64,000 bases of DNA, taken from positions 1,408,001 through 1,472,000 of the forward strand of contig CAWCDG010000004.1 of NCBI GenBank assembly GCA_963794325.1. The letters are read 5' to 3'. How positions within the stretch are numbered: position 1 is the stretch's first letter; the number at the start of each line of letters is the position of its first letter. The notes under the pieces were generated by a model. It saw only the letters and a program-made list of their open reading frames with translations. It was not told where the DNA came from and did not search any database. This DNA is from an uncultured delta proteobacterium (GTDB lineage Bacteria > Desulfobacterota > Binatia > Binatales > Binataceae). Shown here piece after piece: positions 18,976 to 27,571 of the stretch. The position numbers were made by a program, and so were the translations under genes.

Positions 18976-20250
18976 ATGAAGATAAACTTGAAAAATAAAT
19001 TGAGGAAGACGATTGCCCTGTCGGGCGCGATCGTGGCGTTTTCGATCGCGGCGCCGTCGTTCGCGCAATACGATAACGGCCCCGGCCCTGGCTATGACAG
19101 TCCCGGCTACGGCAGCCCAGACTACAACAGCGCGGGCTACAACGACGAAGGCTACAACAACCCAGGCTACCAAGGCGCCGGCTACTACGGCCCGGGATAT
19201 TACGGTGGACCCGGACAAGAGGGATGGGGCGCCTACGATAGTGGTCGCACCTGGCGAGGCGCGCGATGGTGGCATCGGCACGACATCATGTGGTTCTACC
19301 GGCATCATCCGGAATGGGCCGTGATGGACGCGTTGTGGCAAAACCAGGATGGCGACTACGACAATGACAACGTCTGGCACGACGCCTACTGGTGGCATCA
19401 GAACAACCCGGATTACTTCTACGCCAATCATCCAAACTGGATTTCATGGGATCCGAGCTGGCGTAACTCGGACGGCGCGTACGACGGGCAGCACAACTGG
19501 CATTATGGCCAGTGGTGGTACAACCAGAATCCCAACTGGGTTTCCGCCAATCATCCCAACTGGCTCAGCGAGCATCGCAACTGGGCGAGTCATACTGAAG
19601 TGCAAGACCATCGGGCCGTGATGCGGACCGAGAACGAGGGTAATGAGCGCTCTCGCCAGCAGGCGGCAGTTCAGCAGAACCGCGTGAATGAAGGCGCGGC
19701 AATTAATCAGCGCAATGAGGCGACTCGTAACGAGCAGGCCTCACGTGAGCAGCAGAACCAGCAAAATCGCGCGAATGAGAGGGCGGCGACCAATCAGCGC
19801 AACGAGCAGACTCGTGTGAATGATCGGGCGGCGACCAATCAGCGCAATGAGCAGACGCGCATGAATGAGCGAGCCGCAACCAATCAGCGCAACGACGCGA
19901 ATCGCAACGAGCAGGCGTCGCGTGAGCAGCGGCAAAATCAGGCTACGCGGAACGAGCAGCAAGCTAATCGCAACCAGCAGCAGGCGACCCACAATCAGGA
20001 GCGCGCTGCGCAGAACGAGCAGCGGGCGACTCGCAACGAGCAGCAGGCGACGCATCAGCAGCAGGAACGTCCGCAGCAGGCGCAGCGTCAGCAGCAGGAG
20101 CGTCCGCAGCAAGCGCAGCATCAGCAGCAGGAACGTCCGCAGCAGGCTCAGCATCAGGAGCACCAGGCCTCGCATCAGCAGCAGTCGTCGAACCATCAGG
20201 GCGGTGGACATCAGGGCGGCGAGGGCGCAGTCCGCGAAGCAAAGAAATAG
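18976..20250 (+). CDS. Secreted repeat protein: Gly/Tyr/Pro region, three Trp/His-rich repeats, long Q/N/R/E low-complexity tail
   Basis: Signal peptide ending SFA-Q; repeats GxYD...W...WW.......HP.W; QQQERPQQAQ repeats. Confidence 0.8.
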   Translation: MKINLKNKLRKTIALSGAIVAFSIAAPSFAQYDNGPGPGYDSPGYGSPDYNSAGYNDEGYNNPGYQGAGYYGPGYYGGPGQEGWGAYDSGRTWRGARWWHRHDIMWFYRHHPEWAVMDALWQNQDGDYDNDNVWHDAYWWHQNNPDYFYANHPNWISWDPSWRNSDGAYDGQHNWHYGQWWYNQNPNWVSANHPNWLSEHRNWASHTEVQDHRAVMRTENEGNERSRQQAAVQQNRVNEGAAINQRNEATRNEQASREQQNQQNRANERAATNQRNEQTRVNDRAATNQRNEQTRMNERAATNQRNDANRNEQASREQRQNQATRNEQQANRNQQQATHNQERAAQNEQRATRNEQQATHQQQERPQQAQRQQQERPQQAQHQQQERPQQAQHQEHQASHQQQSSNHQGGGHQGGEGAVREAKK

Positions 20251-20256
20251 TTGAAG

Positions 20257-20288
20257 GCGCGATACGCCCTAAACAGGGCGTATCGCGC
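20257..20288 (+). terminator. Strong hairpin after the repeat-protein gene
   Basis: GCGCGATACGCCCT-AAAC-AGGGCGTATCGCGC, perfect 14-bp stem; no U-tract. Confidence 0.6.
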
Positions 20289-20340
20289 AGTACTCACGAA
20301 ACGAAACTAACAAGCAGGAATCTGAGGGAGAACCAAACAA

Positions 20341-20631
20341 ATGAATTCAATCCAACGAATTGCTATCAGTGTCGTAGGCGTTGCGGCCTTGGCTTGGGTT
20401 GCCGGATGCGGCACCAGCACCAAGGAAGTCGATTCCACCACTTATGTTCCCGCCGCCGCGCCGGCTCAGGTCGTCGTGCAGGCTCCGCCGGTAGTAGTCA
20501 CACCTCCGACTACCACCACCAGCACCTCGAGCGACCGGTCGAGCAATTCAACTGACTCAGGCAGCGCAGGCACAGTGGATAGCTCGAGTTCCCATCACAG
20601 CGAATCCACCAGCGTGACTCCAAGCAACTAA
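20341..20631 (+). CDS. Small Ser/Thr-rich lipoprotein
   Basis: Lipobox VAGC; GAGGGAG RBS. Confidence 0.75.
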   Translation: MNSIQRIAISVVGVAALAWVAGCGTSTKEVDSTTYVPAAAPAQVVVQAPPVVVTPPTTTTSTSSDRSSNSTDSGSAGTVDSSSSHHSESTSVTPSN

Positions 20632-20652
20632 TCCGCAGCTCGGGAGAATTGC

Positions 20653-21057
20653 GTGATGCGAAACAAAGCCAATCGAAAAGTAAGAGTCGTGCGAGCACTC
20701 GCGATCGCTCTGGTGATCGGCACCGGACTGCTTGCCTCCAATGCGCGCTCCGAGCCGGCTACTACCGACTCTTCGAACTCTGTGTCCCACGAGAACGACA
20801 GCGTGAACGTCAAGTCGGAGCATCGATACAATTCGCCGGCTGAACGCGCGAACGACGCCCTGCTGATCACCGAGGTCAAGAGCGCGCTTGCCCATGACGG
20901 AGTCAGCGACGGTTATCCGGTTGCTGTCGATTGCGATCACGGCAAGATCCTGTTGAGCGGTGTAGTCAAGTCGGCCCGGGACGCAAAGCATGCCGGCGAT
21001 ATTGCGGCAGCGGCAGAAGGCGTCACCGGGGTGAACGATCAATTAACGTGGCATTAG
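20653..21057 (+). CDS. BON-domain (OsmY-like) secreted protein
   Basis: DALLITEVKSAL..VDCDHGKILLSGVV..AEGVTGVNDQL. Confidence 0.9.
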   Translation: MMRNKANRKVRVVRALAIALVIGTGLLASNARSEPATTDSSNSVSHENDSVNVKSEHRYNSPAERANDALLITEVKSALAHDGVSDGYPVAVDCDHGKILLSGVVKSARDAKHAGDIAAAAEGVTGVNDQLTWH

Positions 21058-21093
21058 CAGGGCGCCAACCTAGCCAGGGAGCCAACGAAACCG

Positions 21094-21246
21094 ATGTTAT
21101 TGATTCTGATCATACTACTGATTCTATTCGCCGGCGGCGGCGGTTACCGAACCTATCATCACGGCTCCAGAGATCCGGGCGGCTTGCTGATGCTGATACT
21201 CATGGTCGTGTTGATTGTATGGCTAATCAACGGCGGGCTGGTCTGA
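21094..21246 (+). CDS. 50-aa DUF3309-like small membrane protein (not in ORF track)
   Basis: MLLILIILLILFAGGGGYRTYHHGSRDPGGLLMLILMVVLIVWLINGGLV; GGGAG upstream. Confidence 0.75.
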   Translation: MLLILIILLILFAGGGGYRTYHHGSRDPGGLLMLILMVVLIVWLINGGLV

Positions 21247-21272
21247 CAGATGAAAGTAGATAGGAGAACACC

Positions 21273-21422
21273 ATGTTACTATTAATCATTGTCATAGTTT
21301 TGTTGTTCGGCGGCGGCGGCGGCTACTACGGCTATACCAACTATGGCGCCACCGGAGGCTTAGTGCCTCTGCTGCTCGTGGTGTTAGTGGTCTGGCTGCT
21401 AATCGGTCGCGGCGGTATTTGA
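21273..21422 (+). CDS. 49-aa DUF3309-like small membrane protein (not in ORF track)
   Basis: MLLLIIVIVLLFGGGGGYYGYTNYGATGGLVPLLLVVLVVWLLIGRGGI; AGGAG RBS. Confidence 0.8.
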   Translation: MLLLIIVIVLLFGGGGGYYGYTNYGATGGLVPLLLVVLVVWLLIGRGGI

Positions 21423-21547
21423 CGATTGTCGGGCATCAGGTAGACGCCGGCGTTGCTCGGTGCCCGCCATCTTTTTCCGCGTTCAATTGTTCAACTGAGT
21501 AAACAAACAGCCGTACATCGTAACTCGCGAGCTCTGAGGTAATTGAG

Positions 21548-21787
21548 ATGACATTGGAAGATACCGCAAATTCTACCGTCCGCAACGCAATGGATCAGGG
21601 CCGCCAAGCGGCAGACAAAGCCAGCCAGGCAATGAAAGACGGCTACGATGCGGCGCAGCAATACGTCAAGGATAAGGGATTTGAGATGGACCTGCGCGAG
21701 CTCGTGCGTCGCGAGCCGTGGTTCGCAATCGCAGCCGCGTTTGCGGTGGGCTACGTCGTTGCGCAGATCGTTCGGCGCGTCTCCTGA
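21548..21787 (+). CDS. ElaB/YqjD (DUF883)-like tail-anchored protein
   Basis: Helical body plus VRREPWFAIAAAFAVGYVVA C-terminal anchor. Confidence 0.8.
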   Translation: MTLEDTANSTVRNAMDQGRQAADKASQAMKDGYDAAQQYVKDKGFEMDLRELVRREPWFAIAAAFAVGYVVAQIVRRVS

Positions 21788-21801
21788 GCGGGTCGCAGGC
21801 G

Positions 21802-22143
21802 GTGAATAACTCAGCAGATGCCACCTTGGCCGATAACTATGAGCGGCGGCGCCGGCGCGATCGGAACATCGGCGAATATGTAAGAGAAGAACCGTTGACC
21901 TCGCTGGCCATAGCCGGTGGCGTCGGATTCATTCTCGGCGGAGGCGCCAACAGCCGCATCGGGCTCGCACTCATATCTATAGCAGCGCGAATCGCGATGC
22001 GCGGAGCCGCCACCACCTTCATCATGGGCCTGGTCACCGGTAATCACGACAGCCAAAGAGCGGCTCACTCAACAACCCGCGGCGGAAGCTATCGCAATGG
22101 ACACTATGACAACGCAAGAACAGATCACCGCGATTCAGACTGA
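21802..22143 (+). CDS. Small membrane protein with DUF883-like YVREEP..AGGVGF motif
   Basis: GTG start at 21802; in operon with its neighbours. Confidence 0.6.
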   Translation: MNNSADATLADNYERRRRRDRNIGEYVREEPLTSLAIAGGVGFILGGGANSRIGLALISIAARIAMRGAATTFIMGLVTGNHDSQRAAHSTTRGGSYRNGHYDNARTDHRDSD

Positions 22144-22390
22144 GCGCGACGACGCGCGGCAAAACCTGCGCGACACGTTGACCGAGGTCAACGACAAAGT
22201 TGAACGCACCGAAGACGGGATGCGTCCCGACCACGTCATCGAGAGTCATCCGGTCGGAGCCTCGCTGATCGCTGGAGCGTTAGGCTTTCTGTTCGGATCG
22301 ATCGTGACCAGCCGCGGCGCCGGTCCGATCGTGATCGCAGCATTGCTCGGCGTCGCTCTCTCAAAACACGGCTCAAACGACGAGAGTTGA
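22097..22390 (+). CDS. DUF3618-like small membrane protein
   Basis: ERDDARQNLRDTL coiled region plus HPVGASLIAGALGF TM. Confidence 0.65.
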   Translation: MDTMTTQEQITAIQTERDDARQNLRDTLTEVNDKVERTEDGMRPDHVIESHPVGASLIAGALGFLFGSIVTSRGAGPIVIAALLGVALSKHGSNDES

Positions 22391-22758
22391 AGCCGCAGGC
22401 TGATCGCATGACAGAAAAACAGCCGCATCACGCTAACGGTTCGCCGGAGACCTTGCAGGATTGGCCGACGCTGATGGGCCGGGCAGTGGACGACGTCACG
22501 CGCATCCTGCAGTCCGAGGCTCACATGCTGGAGACCAGCATGAGCGCGGCGCTAGCTGCGCGACTAGCCGATGCAACCGCCAAACTCACTGTACTAGCAG
22601 TGATGCTTTGCGGCGGAGTATGCATGCTGTGCGCCGGAATACTGCTGATCCATGAATGGCTGCCGCTATGGCAGGCCTTCGGACTCTCGGGCGCAATTAT
22701 CCTGATAATCGGCGTCGCGATTTACGCAATCGGGAGACCTGCCGGCGACACTGCCTGA
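22387..22758 (+). CDS. YqjE/'phage holin family' membrane protein
   Basis: L...VDDV..I...E..L pattern, two TMs, WLPLW; typical neighbour of DUF883/DUF3618 genes. Confidence 0.7.
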   Translation: MKPQADRMTEKQPHHANGSPETLQDWPTLMGRAVDDVTRILQSEAHMLETSMSAALAARLADATAKLTVLAVMLCGGVCMLCAGILLIHEWLPLWQAFGLSGAIILIIGVAIYAIGRPAGDTA

Positions 22759-22838
22759 AAGGTCTCGCGCGCGATTGCAACTCCCACTGGGCTCGCCGGT
22801 CCTTATGACGGCGGGCCTCTTCATGTTAATCACGATCG

Positions 22839-24203
22839 ATGATCGCGGCGGTTCAAAACTTCGTGAGTCAGGCCGGTCCCTGGTCGCTGATCGTAGTCTT
22901 TGTCGCGATCATGCTCGAGTCGTCGGCGGGTTTGGGTTTGATCTTTCCCGGCGAGGCGATGGCGGTGGTTGCGGGCGCGATGGCGTCCGACGGGTTCTTT
23001 TCGCCGTGGACTGCATTCGCAGTGGTCGCGTCGGGCGCAGTGATTGGCGACCTGACCGGCTATACGATCGGTCATACCAAAGGACAGGCCGTGCTGAACC
23101 GGTTTCCGATCGTGCGACGGCAGTATGAAAAGCATCGCGAGCGTCTCAAGTACTACTTCGAGCATTTCGGCGGCGCGACGGTATTTCTCGGACGTTTCGT
23201 CGCGGTGGGGCGCGCTTTCGTGCCCTTCACCGCGGGCCTGTCCGGGATGCGAATCCGAAAATTCGTGCCGACGTCGGTACTGGCGGGATCGGTGTGGTCA
23301 TCGGTTACGGTAGGCCTCGGCTATACGCTGGGTTCCAACTGGAGCCTCATCGAGAAGTGGCTGAAGTCGCTGAGCGCCGGAATCGTCGTGCTCGCGGTAC
23401 TGACCGGTTTGATGGTCGCGGCGTGGCGGTCGGTCTCCCGCCGACAGACTCAGATCGCGGCCGCATGGAACCGGTACCTTACCGAGCGCTACGGCTTCGA
23501 TCTGACGCCGTTCGTGGATTTCGTCCGCACGCGGTTCTCGCCGCGCAGCTACCTTGGACTCCATCTGACGGTTGGGGTGATCGCGGTGACGGCGCTGGCG
23601 TGGCTGTTCGGCGGCATCGTCGACATTATCTCTGACCAGGGACCGCTTGGCGGGCTGGACCGGAGCGTCGCGCTATTCGTCGCCGCCCAGCGGACTTCGG
23701 CGCTGGATTCGGCGGTAAGTGTGATCGCGATGCTCGCCAATCCGATCTGGCTGCTGCTTATCGTTGGGGTTGGAGCGATTAGCTATGCGCGTCGGCGCGA
23801 GGCAGGCCTGTCTATCATGGCGTTGCTGTTTCTTGCTGGTGCATACGGACTCGCCTTCGGCTTGCAGGTGATATTTGCGAAGCACGCGGCTCATCAACCC
23901 GAGCTGGTGCTGGTTAACGGATTCGCGGGCTTTCCCAGCGCCGCGCTAACCGCGTCGACGGCGGGCTACGGGATGCTCGCCTACCTGCTCGCGGCCGAGA
24001 CACAAAGCTGGCGGCTCCAAACGCTCAGCGTCGCGGCGGCGGTCTATATTATCGCGCTGATCGGTTTCGCGGGGATCTACTCGGGAGTTGCGCTGAGCGC
24101 GATCATCGGGGGATTTGCGTTGGGCGGATGCTGGCTGGCGATCTGCGTGACCGGAAGCCGAACCTATAGCCGATTGCGCAGCACGAGCATCAAAGCCGCC
24201 TGA
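22839..24203 (+). CDS. DedA domain fused to a degenerate PAP2-like domain
   Basis: LESSAGLGLIFPGE, GDLTGY, GRFVAVGRAFVPFTAG; C-terminal FPSA in place of FPSGH. Confidence 0.88.
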   Translation: MIAAVQNFVSQAGPWSLIVVFVAIMLESSAGLGLIFPGEAMAVVAGAMASDGFFSPWTAFAVVASGAVIGDLTGYTIGHTKGQAVLNRFPIVRRQYEKHRERLKYYFEHFGGATVFLGRFVAVGRAFVPFTAGLSGMRIRKFVPTSVLAGSVWSSVTVGLGYTLGSNWSLIEKWLKSLSAGIVVLAVLTGLMVAAWRSVSRRQTQIAAAWNRYLTERYGFDLTPFVDFVRTRFSPRSYLGLHLTVGVIAVTALAWLFGGIVDIISDQGPLGGLDRSVALFVAAQRTSALDSAVSVIAMLANPIWLLLIVGVGAISYARRREAGLSIMALLFLAGAYGLAFGLQVIFAKHAAHQPELVLVNGFAGFPSAALTASTAGYGMLAYLLAAETQSWRLQTLSVAAAVYIIALIGFAGIYSGVALSAIIGGFALGGCWLAICVTGSRTYSRLRSTSIKAA

Positions 24204-24408
24204 CGATCTGGTCCGTATAGCACCAATTCGAATAGCCACTTTTTTGTCATCGCTATCCTTGAGTGGCAATACTTTGACATCTCATTCTGTAGTGTCGGAT
24301 CGACTTACTATTATCTTCCGTTTGCTCTGAAGGCGATCGTGAGCTTCTGACTAGTACGCTCGATCTTCTGAGCGGTTATTCGCGTAACCGAAGTCGAAAA
24401 TTTTTCCA

Positions 24409-24423
24409 AGGTACGAATCTTGC
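24409..24423 (+). promoter_or_regulatory. Candidate sigma-54 (-24/-12) promoter
   Basis: AGGTACGAATCTTGC, GG-N10-GC spacing, upstream of the ice-binding protein locus. Confidence 0.45.
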
Positions 24424-24499
24424 CTTTACCGTTATTGGCGGAGTCGCTCCGAGCGCGGAAGTTGTTCTTCTGCGCGGCCTCGTTTCGTCAAAGGGGAAT

Positions 24500-24811
24500 T
24501 TGAAGCAAGTGAACATGCAAAGGGAGGGAGGCATCCGGACTGAGTCGAGCTCACCGATGCCGGGCAGTTTCAGTCGGTCGCGACGGTTCGCGTCAACTCG
24601 GAGTTTAGATCCCGATTTGCAATTCGACAGCTACCTGCTGGCGATGTGCAGTCTCATGTTCATGGTCGTGCTGGTGGTCGGCGCGGCCGGATACGCCAGT
24701 ATGCAGGGCATTTTGTCGCCGGCCACGAGAACTGCGAAGGCTGCGCGCCTCGATCAATTCAGTCAATACACAACGCCGCGAAACACTTCGAGCTTCGTCA
24801 TACGCAAGTAG
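24500..24811 (+). CDS. Small hypothetical single-TM protein
   Basis: One hydrophobic helix; stop lies 8 nt before the next ATG; start uncertain. Confidence 0.45.
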   Translation: MKQVNMQREGGIRTESSSPMPGSFSRSRRFASTRSLDPDLQFDSYLLAMCSLMFMVVLVVGAAGYASMQGILSPATRTAKAARLDQFSQYTTPRNTSSFVIRK

Positions 24812-24819
24812 ACAAGGAA

Positions 24820-27372
24820 ATGATTGCCATGTCCTCCACCAAAAAAATTACGACGATAGTCAAGTATCTTGTAACCAGGTTCACGCTTGCAGCAGGTGTA
24901 GTAATCCTAGGTATGGCCGGAACCGCGGCGGCTTCGCACAAGCCAAAGCCGACAGTTGTTTCCACCGATCCAGCCGACGACGCCACCAACGTGCCCATCA
25001 ATACTACCGTCACAGTATACTTCAGCCTGCCGATAAACTGCGCAACGATTAACCGACAGACATTCGAACTCAAGGCCTTGAGGCACATGCCCGTAATAGC
25101 CAGAGGCATTAGTTGCAGCGGTAGTAGCGCGACCTTTACCCCCTCGAGCGATCTTGCGATCAACACCAGGTATCAGGTCGTGTTCCACGCCCGAATCTTG
25201 GCGCTTAATGGCAGGGCGCTGTGGGCCAACGGATTCGGTTTCGACTTCACCACCGGTCCGAACACCGAACCTCCGGCTACCGCGACCCCAACCGCGACTG
25301 CCACCGACACCGCCACTCCTACGGCCACCGCAACTGCCACCTCGACTGCAACTGACACGGCTACCGCCACCGCAACGGCCACGGCGACAGCCACTGCAAC
25401 TGACACGCCGACAGCCACCGCAACTAACACGGCTACTGCCACTGCGACTGACACGGCTACCGCTACGGCGACCGACACGGCAACGGCCACTGCAACCGAT
25501 ACGGCTACCGCGACGGCGACCGACACGGCAACGGCCACTGCAACTGATACAGCCACTGCCACCGCGACTGACACCGCAACGGCCACTGCAACCGATACAG
25601 CGACGGCCACCGCGACCGACACGGCTACGGCCACTGCAACTGACACGGCTACCGCGACGGCAACTGATACAGCGACAGCCACGGCAACCGACACCGCCAC
25701 AGCCACCTCAACTGCAACCGCGACGCCTACGGCGACTGCCACTGCACTTGCACCGACAGTATTTGCCTCGGCGCCTGCAATCGTCGGCTGCGGCGGACAG
25801 GGAATGGGGACCAATCAGACGATCACCGCGACCTTCAGTGAGCCGATGCTTGCGGCAACGATTATCGCGCCAGGAACCTTCACCGTGACCGGGCCGGGCA
25901 TTACCCCCGTTACGGGAAGCGTCACCTATGATGCGACCAACAACATCGCGACGTTTGCTCCGACCGGCGGTGTCTTCGCAACCGGCGTCACCTTTACCGC
26001 CACGATCACGACTGCGGCCGAGAGCGTGGGATTGTTACCGCTGGCGAGCAACTACGTGTGGACCTTTACGACTGGCGCGGGCCCTGACACGACTCCGCCT
26101 TTGGTAAGCGCCACCAATCCCGCTGACAGCGCCTCCAGCGTGGGCATCAACCAGAATATTGTCGCTACTTTCGACAAAGGGATGGACTCGACGACTCTTA
26201 CCCCAACGACATTCACCTTGATGGGGCCAGGGGTGACTCCTGTTCCGGGTACTGTGACCTACTCTACTATCGGCGACACTGCGACTTTCACGCCAGGTAG
26301 TCCACTCCTGACCAGCACTACCTATACTGCGACTATCACGACCGGGGTTACAGACCTATCCGGTAACGCGCTCGCAAATAACTTTGTCTGGACCTTTATG
26401 ACCGGGCTCACCACAGATGCCAGCGCGCCGACAGTCACTTCGACCAACCCGGCGGATCTTGCCACTGGGGTGGGCATCGACGCTTCGGTCAACGCAACCT
26501 TTGACAAGGCGATGGACGTTTCCACCTTGAACCCCCAAACCTTTACGTTGACAGGGCCTGGTGCGACGGTTGTAGTCGGGAAAGTCTCCTATGACGTTGC
26601 CGACATGATAGTAACGTTCACTCCGACCAGCATGCTTGCGGCCAGCACCTCCTTCACCGCCATGATCGCTGGAGCCAAGGATCTCGCAGGCAATGCGCTC
26701 GCGACGACTGTGTGGTCCTTCTCTACAGGCTCGACCACTACTGGGCAGGTGGCGGTGAACCTGGGATCGGCTTCCAGTTATGCGATTCTGGCCGCCACTA
26801 CCGTTACTGCCCCGGGCGCGATTGTAGTTAATGGAGATCTTGGTTTGTGGCCCGGTACCTCGGTAACAGGCTTTCCGCCGGCAACCGTGCTCGGGACCAT
26901 CAACATCAACAATCCTGCCTCAATGGCAGCACAGGCTGACCTGCTGACCGCGTACAATTATTTGAAGAACACGGTGCCGCCGGGAGCCACTAAGACCGGG
27001 AACATAGGCGGCACCACGCTCGCCCCCGGGGTTTACACTGCGCCGTCGACGTCGTTGGCGGTATCGTCGGGCAACCTGACCCTGGACGCGCAAGGAGACA
27101 CGAATGCGGTCTGGATCTTCCAGATTGGCTCGACTCTCGACGTCACGCCGGGCCTGCAGGTTATCCTGGCCAACGGCGCTCAGGCATCCAATGTCTTCTG
27201 GCAGGTTGGTAGTTCGGCCACGATCGACACTACCGCCGTCATGCAGGGAAACATATTGGCCTTTACCTCGGTCACGGTGAATGGCGGAGCAACGTTGAAT
27301 GGCAGAGCTCAGGCGCTGAACGGGGCTGTCACGGCAGGCGGCAGTGGCGCGTCATTGCCCGGATGTCAGTGA
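24820..27372 (+). CDS. Secreted ice-binding-like adhesin: 4 Big_5-type Ig domains, Thr/Ala repeat, C-terminal DUF3494
   Basis: Signal peptide; PTV.ST.P...A..V..N..I...F...M repeats; VNLGSASSYAILA..LAPGVY..WIFQIGS..NVFWQVGSSAT..GR. Confidence 0.92.
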   Translation: MIAMSSTKKITTIVKYLVTRFTLAAGVVILGMAGTAAASHKPKPTVVSTDPADDATNVPINTTVTVYFSLPINCATINRQTFELKALRHMPVIARGISCSGSSATFTPSSDLAINTRYQVVFHARILALNGRALWANGFGFDFTTGPNTEPPATATPTATATDTATPTATATATSTATDTATATATATATATATDTPTATATNTATATATDTATATATDTATATATDTATATATDTATATATDTATATATDTATATATDTATATATDTATATATDTATATATDTATATATDTATATSTATATPTATATALAPTVFASAPAIVGCGGQGMGTNQTITATFSEPMLAATIIAPGTFTVTGPGITPVTGSVTYDATNNIATFAPTGGVFATGVTFTATITTAAESVGLLPLASNYVWTFTTGAGPDTTPPLVSATNPADSASSVGINQNIVATFDKGMDSTTLTPTTFTLMGPGVTPVPGTVTYSTIGDTATFTPGSPLLTSTTYTATITTGVTDLSGNALANNFVWTFMTGLTTDASAPTVTSTNPADLATGVGIDASVNATFDKAMDVSTLNPQTFTLTGPGATVVVGKVSYDVADMIVTFTPTSMLAASTSFTAMIAGAKDLAGNALATTVWSFSTGSTTTGQVAVNLGSASSYAILAATTVTAPGAIVVNGDLGLWPGTSVTGFPPATVLGTININNPASMAAQADLLTAYNYLKNTVPPGATKTGNIGGTTLAPGVYTAPSTSLAVSSGNLTLDAQGDTNAVWIFQIGSTLDVTPGLQVILANGAQASNVFWQVGSSATIDTTAVMQGNILAFTSVTVNGGATLNGRAQALNGAVTAGGSGASLPGCQ
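25279..25746 (+). repeat. Coding tandem repeat, 24-bp unit encoding DTATATAT
   Basis: 10 perfect octapeptides at 25450-25689 plus degenerate flanks; codons vary synonymously. Confidence 0.95.
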
Positions 27373-27397
27373 TGCAGAACTTGCGCTAAGACGACAC

Positions 27398-27429
27398 TCT
27401 CAAGCGGGGCTCCGGCGCCCCGCTTGAGA
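27398..27429 (+). terminator. Hairpin after the ice-binding gene
   Basis: TCTCAAGCGGGGC-TCCGGC-GCCCCGCTTGAGA, 13-bp stem. Confidence 0.6.
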
Positions 27430-27571
27430 ATCGCTTCAACTTCGAAATTAAGGTGCTCTGGCGCAATGCCGGAGCACTTTTTCTTTCGCTATGGAAACAC
27501 CCGGGGGGATTGCCGAATGCGATTTGCTGTACTAACGACGAGTCTGCAATCTCGTGCGTTGGGGTTTGGCG

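Noticed and set aside
22387-22758. 'Holin' as evidence of a prophage
   Set aside because: YqjE-type membrane protein in a stress cluster; no phage structural, lysis or integrase genes.
25279-25746. Possible CRISPR array
   Set aside because: Contiguous in-frame coding repeats without spacers; no cas genes anywhere in the window.
25154-25888. Long VAVAVS (minus strand) and Pro/Arg-rich (plus strand) ORFs
   Set aside because: Alternative-frame by-products of the Thr/Ala repeat.
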